From: Lysobacteraceae bacterium
GTDB taxonomy: Bacteria; Bdellovibrionota; UBA1018; JAGTJX01
Length of the DNA stretch: 64,000 bases
Reading direction: 5' to 3'
Assembly (NCBI GenBank): GCA_023657465.1
Contig: JAGTJX010000004.1
Coordinates: forward strand, 154,904 to 218,903
In this document: positions 48,445 through 59,054 of the stretch, in pieces
How the letters are laid out: each line of letters opens with the position of its first letter
Numbering within the stretch: the first letter of the stretch is position 1
Made by a program: the position numbers and the translations under genes
The notes under the pieces: generated by a model
Databases searched by the model: none
What the model saw: only the letters and a program-made list of their open reading frames with translations
What the model was told of the DNA's origin: nothing

Positions 48445-50010
48445 ATGATCTTGCACCGCTCCTTGGTATTAGTATCAATAACCACTCTCTTTTCGGCCTG
48501 CGCCACATTCACCAAATCTAATGAAGTAGCTCCATTTGCTACTCCTGGGAAAGTCATTCCAGTTGCGGCACCCGTAGTCACAGAATCTTCGGGTTCTACT
48601 GACATGGTCGTGCTCGGTGTGAAGCTCAAAAACACTTCTTTTGATTATCCAGTAGTCATCAACCCTTTGGTTGAAGAATGGGTAGAGTATTTCACTGGCC
48701 GTGGTCGTCCTCACTTCGAGAGATACCTTGAGCGCTCAGAGCATTTTATTCCTTATATTTTGCCGATCTTAAAAGAGAAGGGTCTCCCTGGAGATCTCGT
48801 GTATCTCGCAATGATCGAAAGTGGATTTCATAACCACGCTAAATCTCACGCGAGAGCTGTGGGTACTTGGCAGTTTATTTCTGCTACAGGTAAGCGCTAC
48901 GGTTTGAAGATCAATTGGTGGGTGGATGAACGCCGTGACATTCAGAAGTCTACGATCTCAGCAGGAATGTATTTGAAAACTCTGCACGATCTCTTCGATA
49001 GCTGGGAATTAGCAGCTGCAGGATACAATTCAGGTGAATCAAAAATCGATCGCGCGATCAAGCGCTACGGAACGAGAGACTTCTGGAAGTTAGTGAGACA
49101 TAATTATCTCCGTCCAGAAACCAAAAATTACGTTCCTAAGATCATGGCAGCAGCGATTGTTGCTAAGAACAGAACTCAGTTTGGATTCCCTGAGAAGTAC
49201 AACTCGGCTCCTTCACTCGACGATGAGGCTCCTTCAGTGGATGACGAAGCGAACTTGGCTACTGTTGTTCTCGACAAAGACAAAAACGATGACGGCGTAG
49301 AAGACGACGAATTCCAAGCAGAAGATCTCGCAGACCTTCTTGAAGACGATGAGTTTAATCTTGAAGACGAAGATGATCTTCTTGCTAAGGCACAAGTGGC
49401 TCAAGCACCAGCGCTCTCACTTCCTAATATGCCTCACGTGAGCAAAAAGGGTGTCTTAGGCAGCGAGACGATTCTCGAATTTGAGATCCCTTCACCAGCA
49501 GATTTGCAAACCATTGCAAACGCCGCGGGACTTTCTTATCTCAGCGTCAAGAACCTCAATCCTGAAGTCTTGAGATGGTGTACGCCTCCGTCAGAGAGAA
49601 CTTACAAAATCAAATTACCGGCGAGTGTGAAAGATCGTTTCTTATCGACTTACAATCATCCTGCTTATCCAAGAGTTGTGAATTTCATGACTCACAAAAT
49701 TAAACGTGGCGAGACCTTAAGTGGAATCGCTGGTCACTACAAAATCAAAGTAGACCCGATCAAAGAACTCAATGCAGGCCGCAGTTTTGGAGTGGGAACA
49801 GAGCTAGTACTTCCAATGCCTACCGATAGAAATCGTAGCTACGCAAGTTTAGATCTTTACGATGCACCTGAGCGTAGTAGACGAGGTCGTAGATCGTCTC
49901 GTCGTCGCGGGATCGTCAGAAGAACTATAAAAAAAAGTTACTCCATCGGAGCGAAGCAGCGCAAGGCCGCTAGGTTACGGTACGAACGCGTGACAGCAGC
50001 CGGTACTTAG
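48445..50010 (+). CDS. mltD: MltD-like lytic murein transglycosylase with LysM domains (lipoprotein)
   Basis: LFSAC lipobox, [36 protein letters not shown] LysM. Confidence 0.9.
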   Translation: MILHRSLVLVSITTLFSACATFTKSNEVAPFATPGKVIPVAAPVVTESSGSTDMVVLGVKLKNTSFDYPVVINPLVEEWVEYFTGRGRPHFERYLERSEHFIPYILPILKEKGLPGDLVYLAMIESGFHNHAKSHARAVGTWQFISATGKRYGLKINWWVDERRDIQKSTISAGMYLKTLHDLFDSWELAAAGYNSGESKIDRAIKRYGTRDFWKLVRHNYLRPETKNYVPKIMAAAIVAKNRTQFGFPEKYNSAPSLDDEAPSVDDEANLATVVLDKDKNDDGVEDDEFQAEDLADLLEDDEFNLEDEDDLLAKAQVAQAPALSLPNMPHVSKKGVLGSETILEFEIPSPADLQTIANAAGLSYLSVKNLNPEVLRWCTPPSERTYKIKLPASVKDRFLSTYNHPAYPRVVNFMTHKIKRGETLSGIAGHYKIKVDPIKELNAGRSFGVGTELVLPMPTDRNRSYASLDLYDAPERSRRGRRSSRRRGIVRRTIKKSYSIGAKQRKAARLRYERVTAAGT

Positions 50011-50024
50011 GCTATTTTCAGCCC

Positions 50025-51218
50025 ATGAGTATATGGGTACAGAAATACGGCGGTACCTCTGTCGGAACCCCTGAGCGCATCAAGCAAGTCGCAAAACGAA
50101 TCGCGAAAACTCACGAGTCAGGCAAGAAACTCGTCGTCGTTGTTTCCGCTATGGGATGCACAACTGATGACCTACTCAAGCTAGCAGCTGATATATCGAG
50201 CAAACCCGAACCCAGAGAAATCGACATGCTCCTCACCGCAGGTGAGCGTATCTCAATGGCACTCCTCTCGATGGCACTTGAAGATTTGGGTGTGCATGCA
50301 ATCTCGCTTACAGGATCTCAAAGTGGAATCATCACTGACGGAAGTCATAGGCGGGCTAAGATTAAAAAAATTCTAGGCGACCGAGTTCGCTCTTCCTTGG
50401 ATCAAGGAAAGGTCGTCATCGTAGCTGGATTCCAAGGTGTGAGTGAGGCGAAGGAGATTACGACTCTCGGTCGCGGTGGATCTGATACGACCGCTGTAGC
50501 ACTTGCTGCGGCTCTCGGAGCCGAGCAATGTGAGATCTACACAGATGTAGACGGAGTTTACTCTACAGACCCTAACCTCATTGCGAGTGCGAAGTTTTAT
50601 ACAAACGTGAGTTACGACTTCATGATCGAAATGTCGATGCGAGGAGCAGGAGTATTGCACCCGAGATGCGTGGGACTTGCTAAGAAGTACAAAGTTCCAG
50701 TCTCAGTGATTAATAGCTTAAAAGAAAATAGGGAGAAGAAAACCGTGATTACAGAAAACATGGAAGACGTAGGGATTGCAGGAGTCACTGGGGATGATGA
50801 GCAAGTATTAGTGCACATTGAGCTTGCGAGACCGACTGTTTTCTCAGCGCTCTTTGATTCGATGAAAGATTCAAATCTCCAGGCGCTGTCTCCAATTTAT
50901 TTTGGGAAGAATGTTTTGTTCTTCACGAATCAAGAGGGCATCCCTGTGCTGAAGAAAATTGTGTCTAAACTGCAGGCCGATGGCTTCATAGATTCAATCA
51001 AGATTCAGGATGAAATCGTACCTGTTTCTATTGTGAGTAATACAGTGGCACAGGGCGGCGAAATGGTGAGTAAAATCCTCAGTCTTCTTGCTGAAAACCA
51101 TATTCCTGTTACAGTATCTATGACTTCGCCATTATCGCTTTGTGTAGGTGTACAACGCACAAAAATGAAGGACGCATTGGAGATATTGCATGCAGAAATC
51201 AATGATCGTAGTCGGTGA
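50025..51218 (+). CDS. lysC: Aspartate kinase
   Basis: [42 protein letters not shown]. Confidence 0.95.
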   Translation: MSIWVQKYGGTSVGTPERIKQVAKRIAKTHESGKKLVVVVSAMGCTTDDLLKLAADISSKPEPREIDMLLTAGERISMALLSMALEDLGVHAISLTGSQSGIITDGSHRRAKIKKILGDRVRSSLDQGKVVIVAGFQGVSEAKEITTLGRGGSDTTAVALAAALGAEQCEIYTDVDGVYSTDPNLIASAKFYTNVSYDFMIEMSMRGAGVLHPRCVGLAKKYKVPVSVINSLKENREKKTVITENMEDVGIAGVTGDDEQVLVHIELARPTVFSALFDSMKDSNLQALSPIYFGKNVLFFTNQEGIPVLKKIVSKLQADGFIDSIKIQDEIVPVSIVSNTVAQGGEMVSKILSLLAENHIPVTVSMTSPLSLCVGVQRTKMKDALEILHAEINDRSR

Positions 51219-52323
51219 CGGTTTTTCAGCTCTCACCTCAGTTCTTCTTTCTTTAGAGAACATCGAGACTTGTTCAAATGTGGTTTGGATTTCAGGTACA
51301 GGTTCTAGGCTTGTTCCTCCAACTAATTCTATTGATATGGGCAAGGGCGCACTCATGCTTGAGAAGCTCATGCAGATCTACGGTATGGACTCAGAAGGTC
51401 TCATCCGTGGGAAGTTCTTAAGAGAGTTTAGAAACAAGTCCTTCCGTGAACCTGTGTGGAATGCAGCTCCAACTCCTGACTTCAAGCGCGAGTCGCTTCT
51501 GGAGTGGGTATCAGATGGAGAGATGCATCTCGTGTCCCTCTTCGAAGTGAAGTTCAATGAGTCGCTTTTAGAAGTGTTTGAGGCATTACGATCAATTGCT
51601 TTGAAACATGATCGCGTGAAGCGCTATGAAGGATTCCCAGTTAAAAAAATTGAAAATGCTCACGGACAGTACGCTGTCACTCTTGCAAACGGTGAGACTG
51701 TTTATGGAGAGTCGATGATCTATGCAGATCGACTTTCAAGCTTAAGAGATATTGAGACTGCGATGGTGATTCAAGTCGATGGTAAGAAGTTAAAGCCACT
51801 TGAGCTAGAGAGAAAATGTGATGCGAGATCTGTACTTCAGATCGAGATTGAGCACAAGACTCCGATTGGTTCGAAAGTGAACGAGCACTTCTTCACCGCT
51901 CTTCACCATGAATCTGACGATACATACAATCATCAGGTTTGGGGTTACTTCACTGAAGATGGTAAGCGCAGTATCTGGAGTGTGGTTCTTGCTCCAGGAG
52001 ATGCAGATGATAATCATCAAATAAGCAAGCGCTTGCGCAGAATGAAGCAAGCTCTTAATAAAACCTTTTCTGAAGGCTGGCTACCAGAAGGCGTGCAGAC
52101 GTTCACGGACATCATCTCAAAAGAGAACGTTCGCATGGAAGATGCCATTTTGTTTTCAAAAGTAGAACCTTTTGATTCTCCACTCATGATTGAGTGTGAG
52201 GCTGGTAAGATTCCTCTCTTCACTGATGGTTTCGGAATGAGTTTTGCGATTCAATCAGCGGCGGAGACTGTGCTAGGGAATCTCCTCGCAGCCAATACCA
52301 ACGGCGTAATCAGTTTAGGATGA
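51190..52323 (+). CDS. Hypothetical protein with degenerate FAD-binding Rossmann-like N-terminus
   Basis: [10 protein letters not shown] and V.L.NGE.V.GE..IYA segments; overlaps the lysC stop. Confidence 0.5.
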   Translation: MQKSMIVVGDGFSALTSVLLSLENIETCSNVVWISGTGSRLVPPTNSIDMGKGALMLEKLMQIYGMDSEGLIRGKFLREFRNKSFREPVWNAAPTPDFKRESLLEWVSDGEMHLVSLFEVKFNESLLEVFEALRSIALKHDRVKRYEGFPVKKIENAHGQYAVTLANGETVYGESMIYADRLSSLRDIETAMVIQVDGKKLKPLELERKCDARSVLQIEIEHKTPIGSKVNEHFFTALHHESDDTYNHQVWGYFTEDGKRSIWSVVLAPGDADDNHQISKRLRRMKQALNKTFSEGWLPEGVQTFTDIISKENVRMEDAILFSKVEPFDSPLMIECEAGKIPLFTDGFGMSFAIQSAAETVLGNLLAANTNGVISLG

Positions 52324-52859
52324 TGAGACTGTAGAGTTTCTATTGCATCAGTAATAGTCCTCCCTGTTGTAGAGAAATCATCTGAAACGATCACCGATTC
52401 ACCCATAATACATCTTGCTTGAGAATTAACTCTAAAACTATTTTCCTGGATCATGCGATCGAGTAGGGACTGAGTTGCTTTTCTTTCGGTCTCTTCTGTT
52501 TTTAATTCTAGAGCATTGAGAATAGGCACTTGAAAAAATTTTGAGAGGAGTTGAGAGAACCTCTGAGAAGATCCGCCTCGCATATTCCATTGTCTGGAGA
52601 ACCTCTGAGGGATGGGAATGATGTACTTAGGCTTGATCTCGCAACGATTCATTGATTGCAGTCGTTTGATGATGAGTTTGTCCCAAGCGCTTCCTCCACT
52701 TTTCTTCCAGACTTTCAGTAGTGGATAATTAAAATCTGTGATCGTGAAGAGTGCAGGGGCGTGAGGAGGACAGGAATCCAGTGACTCATAGCAAATCTCG
52801 CAGAGTGGGAAAAATAGTATGAAAGTGAGCGCATCTCCACAGCCTGGACATTGGATCAT
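52251..52859 (-). CDS. comF: ComF family protein (zinc ribbon + phosphoribosyltransferase-like)
   Basis: CPGC...CEIC, IPIP..R...RG, DDFSTTGRT. Confidence 0.8.
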   Translation of the reverse strand: MIQCPGCGDALTFILFFPLCEICYESLDSCPPHAPALFTITDFNYPLLKVWKKSGGSAWDKLIIKRLQSMNRCEIKPKYIIPIPQRFSRQWNMRGGSSQRFSQLLSKFFQVPILNALELKTEETERKATQSLLDRMIQENSFRVNSQARCIMGESVIVSDDFSTTGRTITDAIETLQSHHPKLITPLVLAARRFPSTVSAAD

Positions 52860-52920
52860 GAGTGTAAGGGATGCAATCTCTGTGCAAGCCCGGCGTCTTC
52901 CATGTTAGGATTGGGGCTCA

Positions 52921-53451
52921 ATGAATGCCGCTTTTAAAACTACAGGACTGAAATTCAGACTCATACTGAGCATTCTCTTTTTGTTTCCAGCGACCTCACA
53001 AGCCATCGACATTAATTGGCTCCACTTCAGAGGTGCTGGAGTGCTCATGTTACAAAACGGCGGGAACCTTGTCACAGGATCCTTGTCTTGGAATCCGCTC
53101 ATCTCAATTCAGTCCTTAGATACTTCAATCAGAGATTTGTTTGGTATCAGGCTTCATGCCGGAGCCATGGGAATCAAAAACCCATCAAATGAATACTCGT
53201 TTGCACTAGACTACCAAGCGCTCTGGGCAACTCGGTTTGAGACGATGTCCTTCGAAATTGGCCCTGGGGTTCAGAACTTCGTCGCCCAAGGGGGCTCGCG
53301 TATGACCGTAAATTCGAACTTGGACATGGATTTTGGGTTCTCAAGAGGTATCATGAGGGCATTAAGGCAGCTCGTGATCGGATATTCTGCTGTCATCGAC
53401 AATACGTACTTCACACATCAAGTCAGATTAGGTATTGGCATTCAACTGTGA
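52921..53451 (+). CDS. Exported hypothetical protein, possible small beta-barrel
   Basis: Signal peptide ending SQA; alternating C-terminal strand QVRLGIGIQL. Confidence 0.6.
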   Translation: MNAAFKTTGLKFRLILSILFLFPATSQAIDINWLHFRGAGVLMLQNGGNLVTGSLSWNPLISIQSLDTSIRDLFGIRLHAGAMGIKNPSNEYSFALDYQALWATRFETMSFEIGPGVQNFVAQGGSRMTVNSNLDMDFGFSRGIMRALRQLVIGYSAVIDNTYFTHQVRLGIGIQL

Positions 53452-55256
53452 TCTTAATCAATGCCCACGAGCTTCGTAAATCTTTCACCGCTAGACCTCT
53501 GTTTAATGGTCTGACCTTCACCATTGAATCTAAAGACCGTATTGGTCTCATTGGGCCAAATGGCGCGGGCAAGTCCACACTCATGAAGATCCTCATCGGT
53601 AAAGAGCAACCTGACTCAGGCACGCTCTCGATCAGATCGGGTACTAAGATTGCATACCTAGAACAGAAACCTACGCTCGACCAAGACACAACTGTGTATG
53701 CGACTCTCATGGAAGGCTCGCACGACGCTTACGACTGGCAGGAGATGTCGAGAGCTGACGCTCTGATCTCTAGGCTGGGACTTGATGGCGACGCTGTCGT
53801 GGGCAATCTCTCAGGCGGTTGGCAGAAGCGCGTGGCGCTGGGGCGTGAGCTCATGAAGCAGCCTGATCTACTCCTACTCGATGAGCCTACCAACCATCTC
53901 GATGTCGAGAGCATCATGTGGCTTGAAGATTTCTTAGAGCAATCTTCATTTGCAGTACTCACGATCACGCACGATCGTTTGTTCTTAAACCGCGTATCGA
54001 ATCGAATCATGGAACTCGATCGCAGGAACCCGGGCGGCATTCTCTGTGTCGAGGGAGATTACACGAAGTACTTGGAAGCCAAAGAAGAGCGCATCCACAA
54101 TCAAACCGAACGCGAAGTGAGATTGAAGAACGTTTTAAGACGCGAGACCGAGTGGTTGAGACGTGGAGCTAAGGCTCGTACGACGAAGCAACAAGCGCGA
54201 ATTCAACGTCATGGTGAACTCTCCAGTGAAGTGAATGAACTCAGTGATCGTAACAAAACCCAAAAAGTCAGAATGGACTTTGGCGCTGCTGAGAAGAACC
54301 CAAAGCGACTCATTGAAGCTTTGAAAGTTTCTAAGTCGTATGATGGCAATCTCGTCGTTCCAGAGCTCACACTCTTACTCACTCCACACAGCAGACTAGG
54401 ACTTCTCGGTCGAAACGGATCGGGTAAGTCGACGCTGATTAAACTGTTATTAGGCAGGGAGACTCCAGATCAGGGTGTTGTGAAACATGCCGACGCTCTC
54501 CAAGTTGCTTATTTCGAGCAGAATCGCGAAAGTCTAGATCCTAAGAAAACACTTCTTAAGACTTTATGCCCAACAGGTGACTACGTAGACTTCCAAGGCC
54601 GTCCTGTGCACATCAAGGGTTACCTCGATCGATTCAAATTCACTCCTGAACAAATGGACATGGAAGTAGGCAAGCTTTCAGGCGGTGAACAGGCAAGAAT
54701 TCTCATTGCGAAGCTCATGCTCCGTCCTGCAAACGTTCTTGTTCTTGATGAACCAACTAACGACCTCGATATGGAGACGCTCGATGTCCTTCAGGATGTC
54801 TTGGCTGAATTCAATGGCTCCGTCATTCTGGTTTCTCACGACAGGTTTTTCTTAGATTCTGTTTCTACCGACATCATTGCTATCGGCCCTGGAGAAAGTG
54901 GCGATAAGGAAATCCTGACGTTCAAGGGAGTTCTTCAGTGGGAAGAGTGGAAGCGTTCTGTTGGGATCAAAGAAACTAAGAAGAAGAACGTGAATCAAAA
55001 CTTAGACAAAGTCACAACAGCTCCTGGTAAGAAGAAAAAACTCTCGTTTACTGAACAGCATGAGTTCGACAAGATGGATGCAACCATTAAAGCAGCAGAA
55101 AAGAAATTAGAAGACATCGTGACGGAAAGTCACTCTCCCGAAGCAGCCGGATACTCAGTGAAGAAGCTCCAAGAGATCAGCGCTCAGATTGCACTCGCTC
55201 AGAAGGAAGTCGACCGACTCTATGCGAGATGGGAAGAACTCGAAGCGAAGAAGTAG
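53448..55256 (+). CDS. uup: ABC-F family ATPase, Uup-like
   Basis: Two ABC cassettes, GAKARTTKQQARI linker, KKLSF...LYARWEELE C-terminal domain. Confidence 0.9.
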   Translation: MILINAHELRKSFTARPLFNGLTFTIESKDRIGLIGPNGAGKSTLMKILIGKEQPDSGTLSIRSGTKIAYLEQKPTLDQDTTVYATLMEGSHDAYDWQEMSRADALISRLGLDGDAVVGNLSGGWQKRVALGRELMKQPDLLLLDEPTNHLDVESIMWLEDFLEQSSFAVLTITHDRLFLNRVSNRIMELDRRNPGGILCVEGDYTKYLEAKEERIHNQTEREVRLKNVLRRETEWLRRGAKARTTKQQARIQRHGELSSEVNELSDRNKTQKVRMDFGAAEKNPKRLIEALKVSKSYDGNLVVPELTLLLTPHSRLGLLGRNGSGKSTLIKLLLGRETPDQGVVKHADALQVAYFEQNRESLDPKKTLLKTLCPTGDYVDFQGRPVHIKGYLDRFKFTPEQMDMEVGKLSGGEQARILIAKLMLRPANVLVLDEPTNDLDMETLDVLQDVLAEFNGSVILVSHDRFFLDSVSTDIIAIGPGESGDKEILTFKGVLQWEEWKRSVGIKETKKKNVNQNLDKVTTAPGKKKKLSFTEQHEFDKMDATIKAAEKKLEDIVTESHSPEAAGYSVKKLQEISAQIALAQKEVDRLYARWEELEAKK

Positions 55257-55460
55257 CACAGCTTTTTTTAGTCCAGACTTTGGACGTGAAGTCTGATCTT
55301 CGAACAGAAATTAATCCATATTCAATAAAACATAGTTTAGCTCGGCATAGTTTTTGTACTTAGGAGTGCAGCCAAACTGAGCAGAGTGAGTGTGAAGAGA
55401 GAGTGGCATTGCCATTTTATTTGAGCACTTTGGCTCCTTTCCAAAAGAAAGGAGGTCTTT

Positions 55461-55595
55461 ATGGATGATAACGAGTTTGCCAACCGTTATTATACGTATC
55501 GTACGCAGTTAGAGAAACTTAAGCAGAAAACATGGCTCCTGATCGTCATAGCCCGCTTTCTGTTGTTTCTCATTGCACTTGCTCATCGTTTTTAG
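55461..55595 (+). CDS. 44-aa small protein with C-terminal hydrophobic helix
   Basis: AAGGAGG SD 5 nt before ATG; MDDNEFANRYYTYRTQLEKLKQKTWLLIVIARFLLFLIALAHRF. Confidence 0.55.
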   Translation: MDDNEFANRYYTYRTQLEKLKQKTWLLIVIARFLLFLIALAHRF

Positions 55596-55712
55596 GTGAG
55601 CCACTATAAATGACGATAGTGACGAGGCCTAGGGATACAGCGTAAACCTGGAGCTTTCATGATGAGGTCTGCTTGGTTTGGTCCAACTAAACATTAATTC
55701 CTGCAGCCCATA

Positions 55713-55798
55713 GTACCTGATTAAATGGAATTTCTATCTGGAAGAAGAGTGGGCGGAGTTGGGAGCGTTCTTTCATAGAAATGAAAACGCCCGAAAGT
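55713..55798 (+). repeat. Dispersed repeat fragment D (core + right arm)
   Basis: GTACCTGATTAAATGGA..GGAGCGTTCTTTCATAGAAATGAAAACGCCCGAAAGT. Confidence 0.85.
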
Positions 55799-55828
55799 GA
55801 ATTATGTAATCAGAGCAATGTAGTGCTC

Positions 55829-57283
55829 TTATTCATCATTTCGTCCTACTGAGTGAAAAGCAGACCCTGGCGCAAAAATTGCTAACCACCTGAGCCAGGC
55901 CGCTAAACCTGTTCCTTGGAATAGCCCTTCTGCCTCTCCTACTGTTGCAAGCGGAGTGAGGTTATCACCTGAAGTGATCAATGCTTTCAACGCAATGTCC
56001 GCATTGTATTCCGCTGTACTTAATGATTTCTGTGATTCAGAGCCAAACGCGGCTCCTTGTGCAGCTAGAGCGAGGTCTAGACGAATTTTGTTATTTTCAT
56101 CTCCAAAAGCATCAACTATGAAAGCCCGTTTTGGGTCTCTTCCTATTGTAGTGGATTTAAACTGATAGCCCAATTGCGAAAGCCATGCAGCTAATGCTGA
56201 TGATGTCTTTCTTGCATGAAAAGCAGTCATCCAAAAGTGGTAGGGCTTAGAGTTATCAAAGCTGATCTTCACATTTTTAGGAATTGAGTAAAGCTGCTGA
56301 AATCGTATTTGAGCGCTAGCATCGAGAACAGAAACACCTAATGCAAGAATTTGAAAAAAGATGCCTGTATATTTTCTTGTGTCTTTAAATGAAGATGAAA
56401 AACCGCGGAGTCTAAGGTTGATATTAGGGCCTCCAGTTGAGAGAATAGCTAACGCTTCCCAAGAGTATTGATATGCCTCATCGTCTGTAGCGCCTGCTTT
56501 CTTCATATTACTTTGCATATCTAAGAAAAAATCCGAGCTTCTAGTCAATGAACCAGTTTTAATTTTTTCGAAGATCTCAAGAGTCATCAGGCGAATTCCT
56601 TCAATCATGACAGGGTTTTGGTACATCCCTATGATTTCATTTAACAGAGTGATTGGAGGCTGAGAGGTTGGAGACATATCATTCAATATTTTTTGTAATG
56701 CCCTTTTACAGGACTCGATTTTAAGAAGAGACCCATGAAGAGTGCAGAGGCCATAGAGGTGCAAAGCAGGTGGGCTGATCTTCTCTTTTTACTTTTTGAG
56801 GAAGGCTAAAAAGTACTCATAGAGCTCAGTTTTTTTCGCGGGAAGCGTTGTAAATTTTGTTTTTTTACTGAGTACCATTTCGATACTTTTCCAATCGATG
56901 GGATCTGGGTTTGAAAAATAAAACTGTTGATCAAATGCAAAACGTCGAATTTTCTCTATCGGAATCAATGATAGCTGCCATGTTGTGATTTTAGTGGATT
57001 TAAAAATTTTAGGATTAAATGTTTCAGGTGAATGAAAGATTGATTCAAGTGTTCCATCTTTGAGCCCAAAAACAGTATCTTGCCCAGATAAAACGACAGA
57101 TCGGGCAAAAGAACTGATCTCAATGTTTTTTATATCCTCTTGAAGAGTTGCTAAGGTTGTCTTACCCAGGAGACTTGAGCAAAGTTTTCTTGTTCCCTCA
57201 TAAATACCCCGCGGGTAAGAAGGTAAGTCTGTACCTGCAATAAGTGAGGTAAAGAATATAAGCTTTAGAATGATCAAGATCAT
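55829..57283 (-). pseudogene. Exported hypothetical protein split by one in-frame TAA (56789-56791)
   Basis: Track ORFs 56789-57283 and 55829-56764 share a frame, joined by 8 sense codons (KEKISPPA) after the stop. Confidence 0.7.
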
Positions 57284-57420
57284 GTTTTATTATCGTCAAA
57301 ATGATAGCTAAACTAAAATGGTTTTCACGCATATCCATCAGTATCATTAGATTCTGGTGTGGATCTGTAACTTTTTATTGTGGACCTTCTATTCAATAAA
57401 ACTCATTCTGCGGCACTCAC

Positions 57421-57560
57421 TTTTACCGGAAATATTTGCTAATATTTTCATTAAGCGTTTTAGTTGATCTGGCGGTTTTTGAAATCGAGTCTACCTGATT
57501 AAATGGACACTCTATAATAGAGGAGGAGTGTCTTTTAGTGAACGATACTTCATAGGAATT
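57421..57560 (+). repeat. Dispersed repeat fragment E (far-left with deletion + left arm + core)
   Basis: TTTTACCGGAAATA, TTGCTAATATTTTCATTAAGCGTTTTAGTTGATCTGGCG, AGTCTACCTGATTAAATGGA..CATAGGAAT. Confidence 0.85.
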
Positions 57561-57610
57561 TGAGGGACTTAATGCCAATTCAAAGACTCTTTTCTAAGGC
57601 TCTTACCTTC

Positions 57611-57727
57611 TTAAATCTTAGAAAAATTGGCCTGGCTGACCCTAGTCATTCCATTGCTCAGTGTTTGTGCCAAAACATTTTCCACTCAAAACGACAACAT
57701 CATTAAAAATACAAAAGTAATTTTCAT
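57611..57727 (-). pseudogene. Remnant 5' end of an exported-protein gene
   Basis: AAGGGG SD then MKITFVFLMMLSF*VENVLAQ, a signal-peptide pattern interrupted by TGA. Confidence 0.35.
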
Positions 57728-57883
57728 TTTATTTACCCCTTATGAAAATTGCTAACCGTACTGAGTTATGATTGCGCGGCTTGCAGCAGCTCAATCACAA
57801 CTGAAAAAAGTCAAATGAGACACACCCAGTAACGTGTCAACTCAGACACTTTGTAAATAGTATACCAAAAATGATACCATATA

Positions 57884-58774
57884 ATGATGAGGCATTTGCT
57901 TATTCTAGTATTATCGCTTTCTAACGCTGGCTGTATAATACCGAGACTGAAAGGGAAATCTTCGTCATCTGTATCCACAACCTATTCCGCCACTCCTACA
58001 AGTTGCGATCGAACATCAACATCTATTTCTTGCCCCTCTGGATATGTAGCTGTGCCAGGAAATTCATGTTGGGGAATAAATGATTTTTGTGTAATGCAGT
58101 TTGAAGCCAAAAATGACGGTAGCGGCAATCCTTTTAGTCAGGATGTTACAATCCCTTGGAATTCAATTACTGCTGTTGCAGCAAAGGCTAAGTGTCAAAG
58201 CTTGGGTGCTGCGTACGATTTGATTTCAAACCCAGAATGGATGGTGATTGCAAGAAACGTTGAGAAAGTGTCGATAAATTGGTCGAGCGGTGTAGTGGGC
58301 TCAGGCTGCTTGATGAGTGGTAATTGCTTGAATGGAAATGCATGCAGCTATTCTACAGGTACCTCTGACTTCGGTCCTGTTGCTGGAAGAAATTCTAAGG
58401 CATCTCTTACTCTAAGTTCAGGAAGTTTAATTTGGGACTTTTCTGGAAATCAATGGGAGTTTGTCGACTGGTATCCAGGCTGAGCGCTCGACTTTGGTCC
58501 CACCAGTTGCCCGACAGGATGGATCGAGTTTCCTGCTGCGTTAGCTGCATGCGCAGCTTTAGTGTTTGATGACGTTATGCCAGGTAACCCATCCAATCAG
58601 CTTGCATCGACTTATGACTCCACTTATAGTCTTGGACAATTTACTGGTGGCCCTGGTGGCGCTTATCGAGGAGGTGGGTTTGGTTATTCCAACTCAGGGG
58701 TTTATGCATTGGCAATGGATCATGGAGGCGGAACCAACGCCAACTATGGATTTCGTTGCGTTTATCGCCCTTGA
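57884..58774 (+). pseudogene. Lipoprotein with FGE-sulfatase / C-type-lectin-fold domain, split by one in-frame TGA (58481-58483)
   Basis: NAGC lipobox-like, CPSGYVAVPG, FCVMQFEAK, LISNPEW, DFSGNQWEFV, then in the same frame RGG...YGFRCV. Confidence 0.75.
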
Positions 58775-58811
58775 TAAATAATTTTTTATGACTAAGAAAA
58801 AAGAAATCTCT

Positions 58812-58863
58812 AAATAACGTTCCAAATTTTGAGACCGTTTTCTATTAAGGATTTGCCAATATT
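58812..58863 (+). repeat. Dispersed repeat fragment F (far-left)
   Basis: 45/52 identical to 20543-20594. Confidence 0.8.
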
Positions 58864-58907
58864 TACAGTAACTTAGAAGAGCTATTCATGCCGCCGACAA
58901 GCCTAAA

Positions 58908-59054
58908 TTGAAAGAAGGCTCTAGTGCTTACGATTACTCTGCCGCTTCTGAGTTAGGTAACAGAAAGTTTATTGCCGAGGCCATTGAAGATGCACTTTTG
59001 GATGGAGATGCAGCTCTTGAGATTCCAGAATTCGACAGGAAAGAGTCACCCTAA
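58908..59054 (+). pseudogene. Possible truncated addiction-module antidote (HI1420-like) remnant
   Basis: YDYSAASELGNRKFIAEAIEDALLDGD resembles the N-terminal half of that family; no HTH follows. Confidence 0.3.

Noticed and set aside
52871..52887. Sigma54-like site upstream of comF
   Set aside because: TTGCACAG-N3-TTGCA lacks the invariant GG at -24
55271..57849. Short GTC...GAC palindromes (GTCCAGACTTTGGAC, GTGTCAACTCAGACAC) as activator sites
   Set aside because: Only 5-bp arms with variable spacing; cannot be separated from chance without a genome-wide scan
58481..58530. Selenocysteine or TGA recoding in the FGE-like gene
   Set aside because: No convincing SECIS hairpin after the TGA, and TGA is a normal stop for glmS, uvrD and valS
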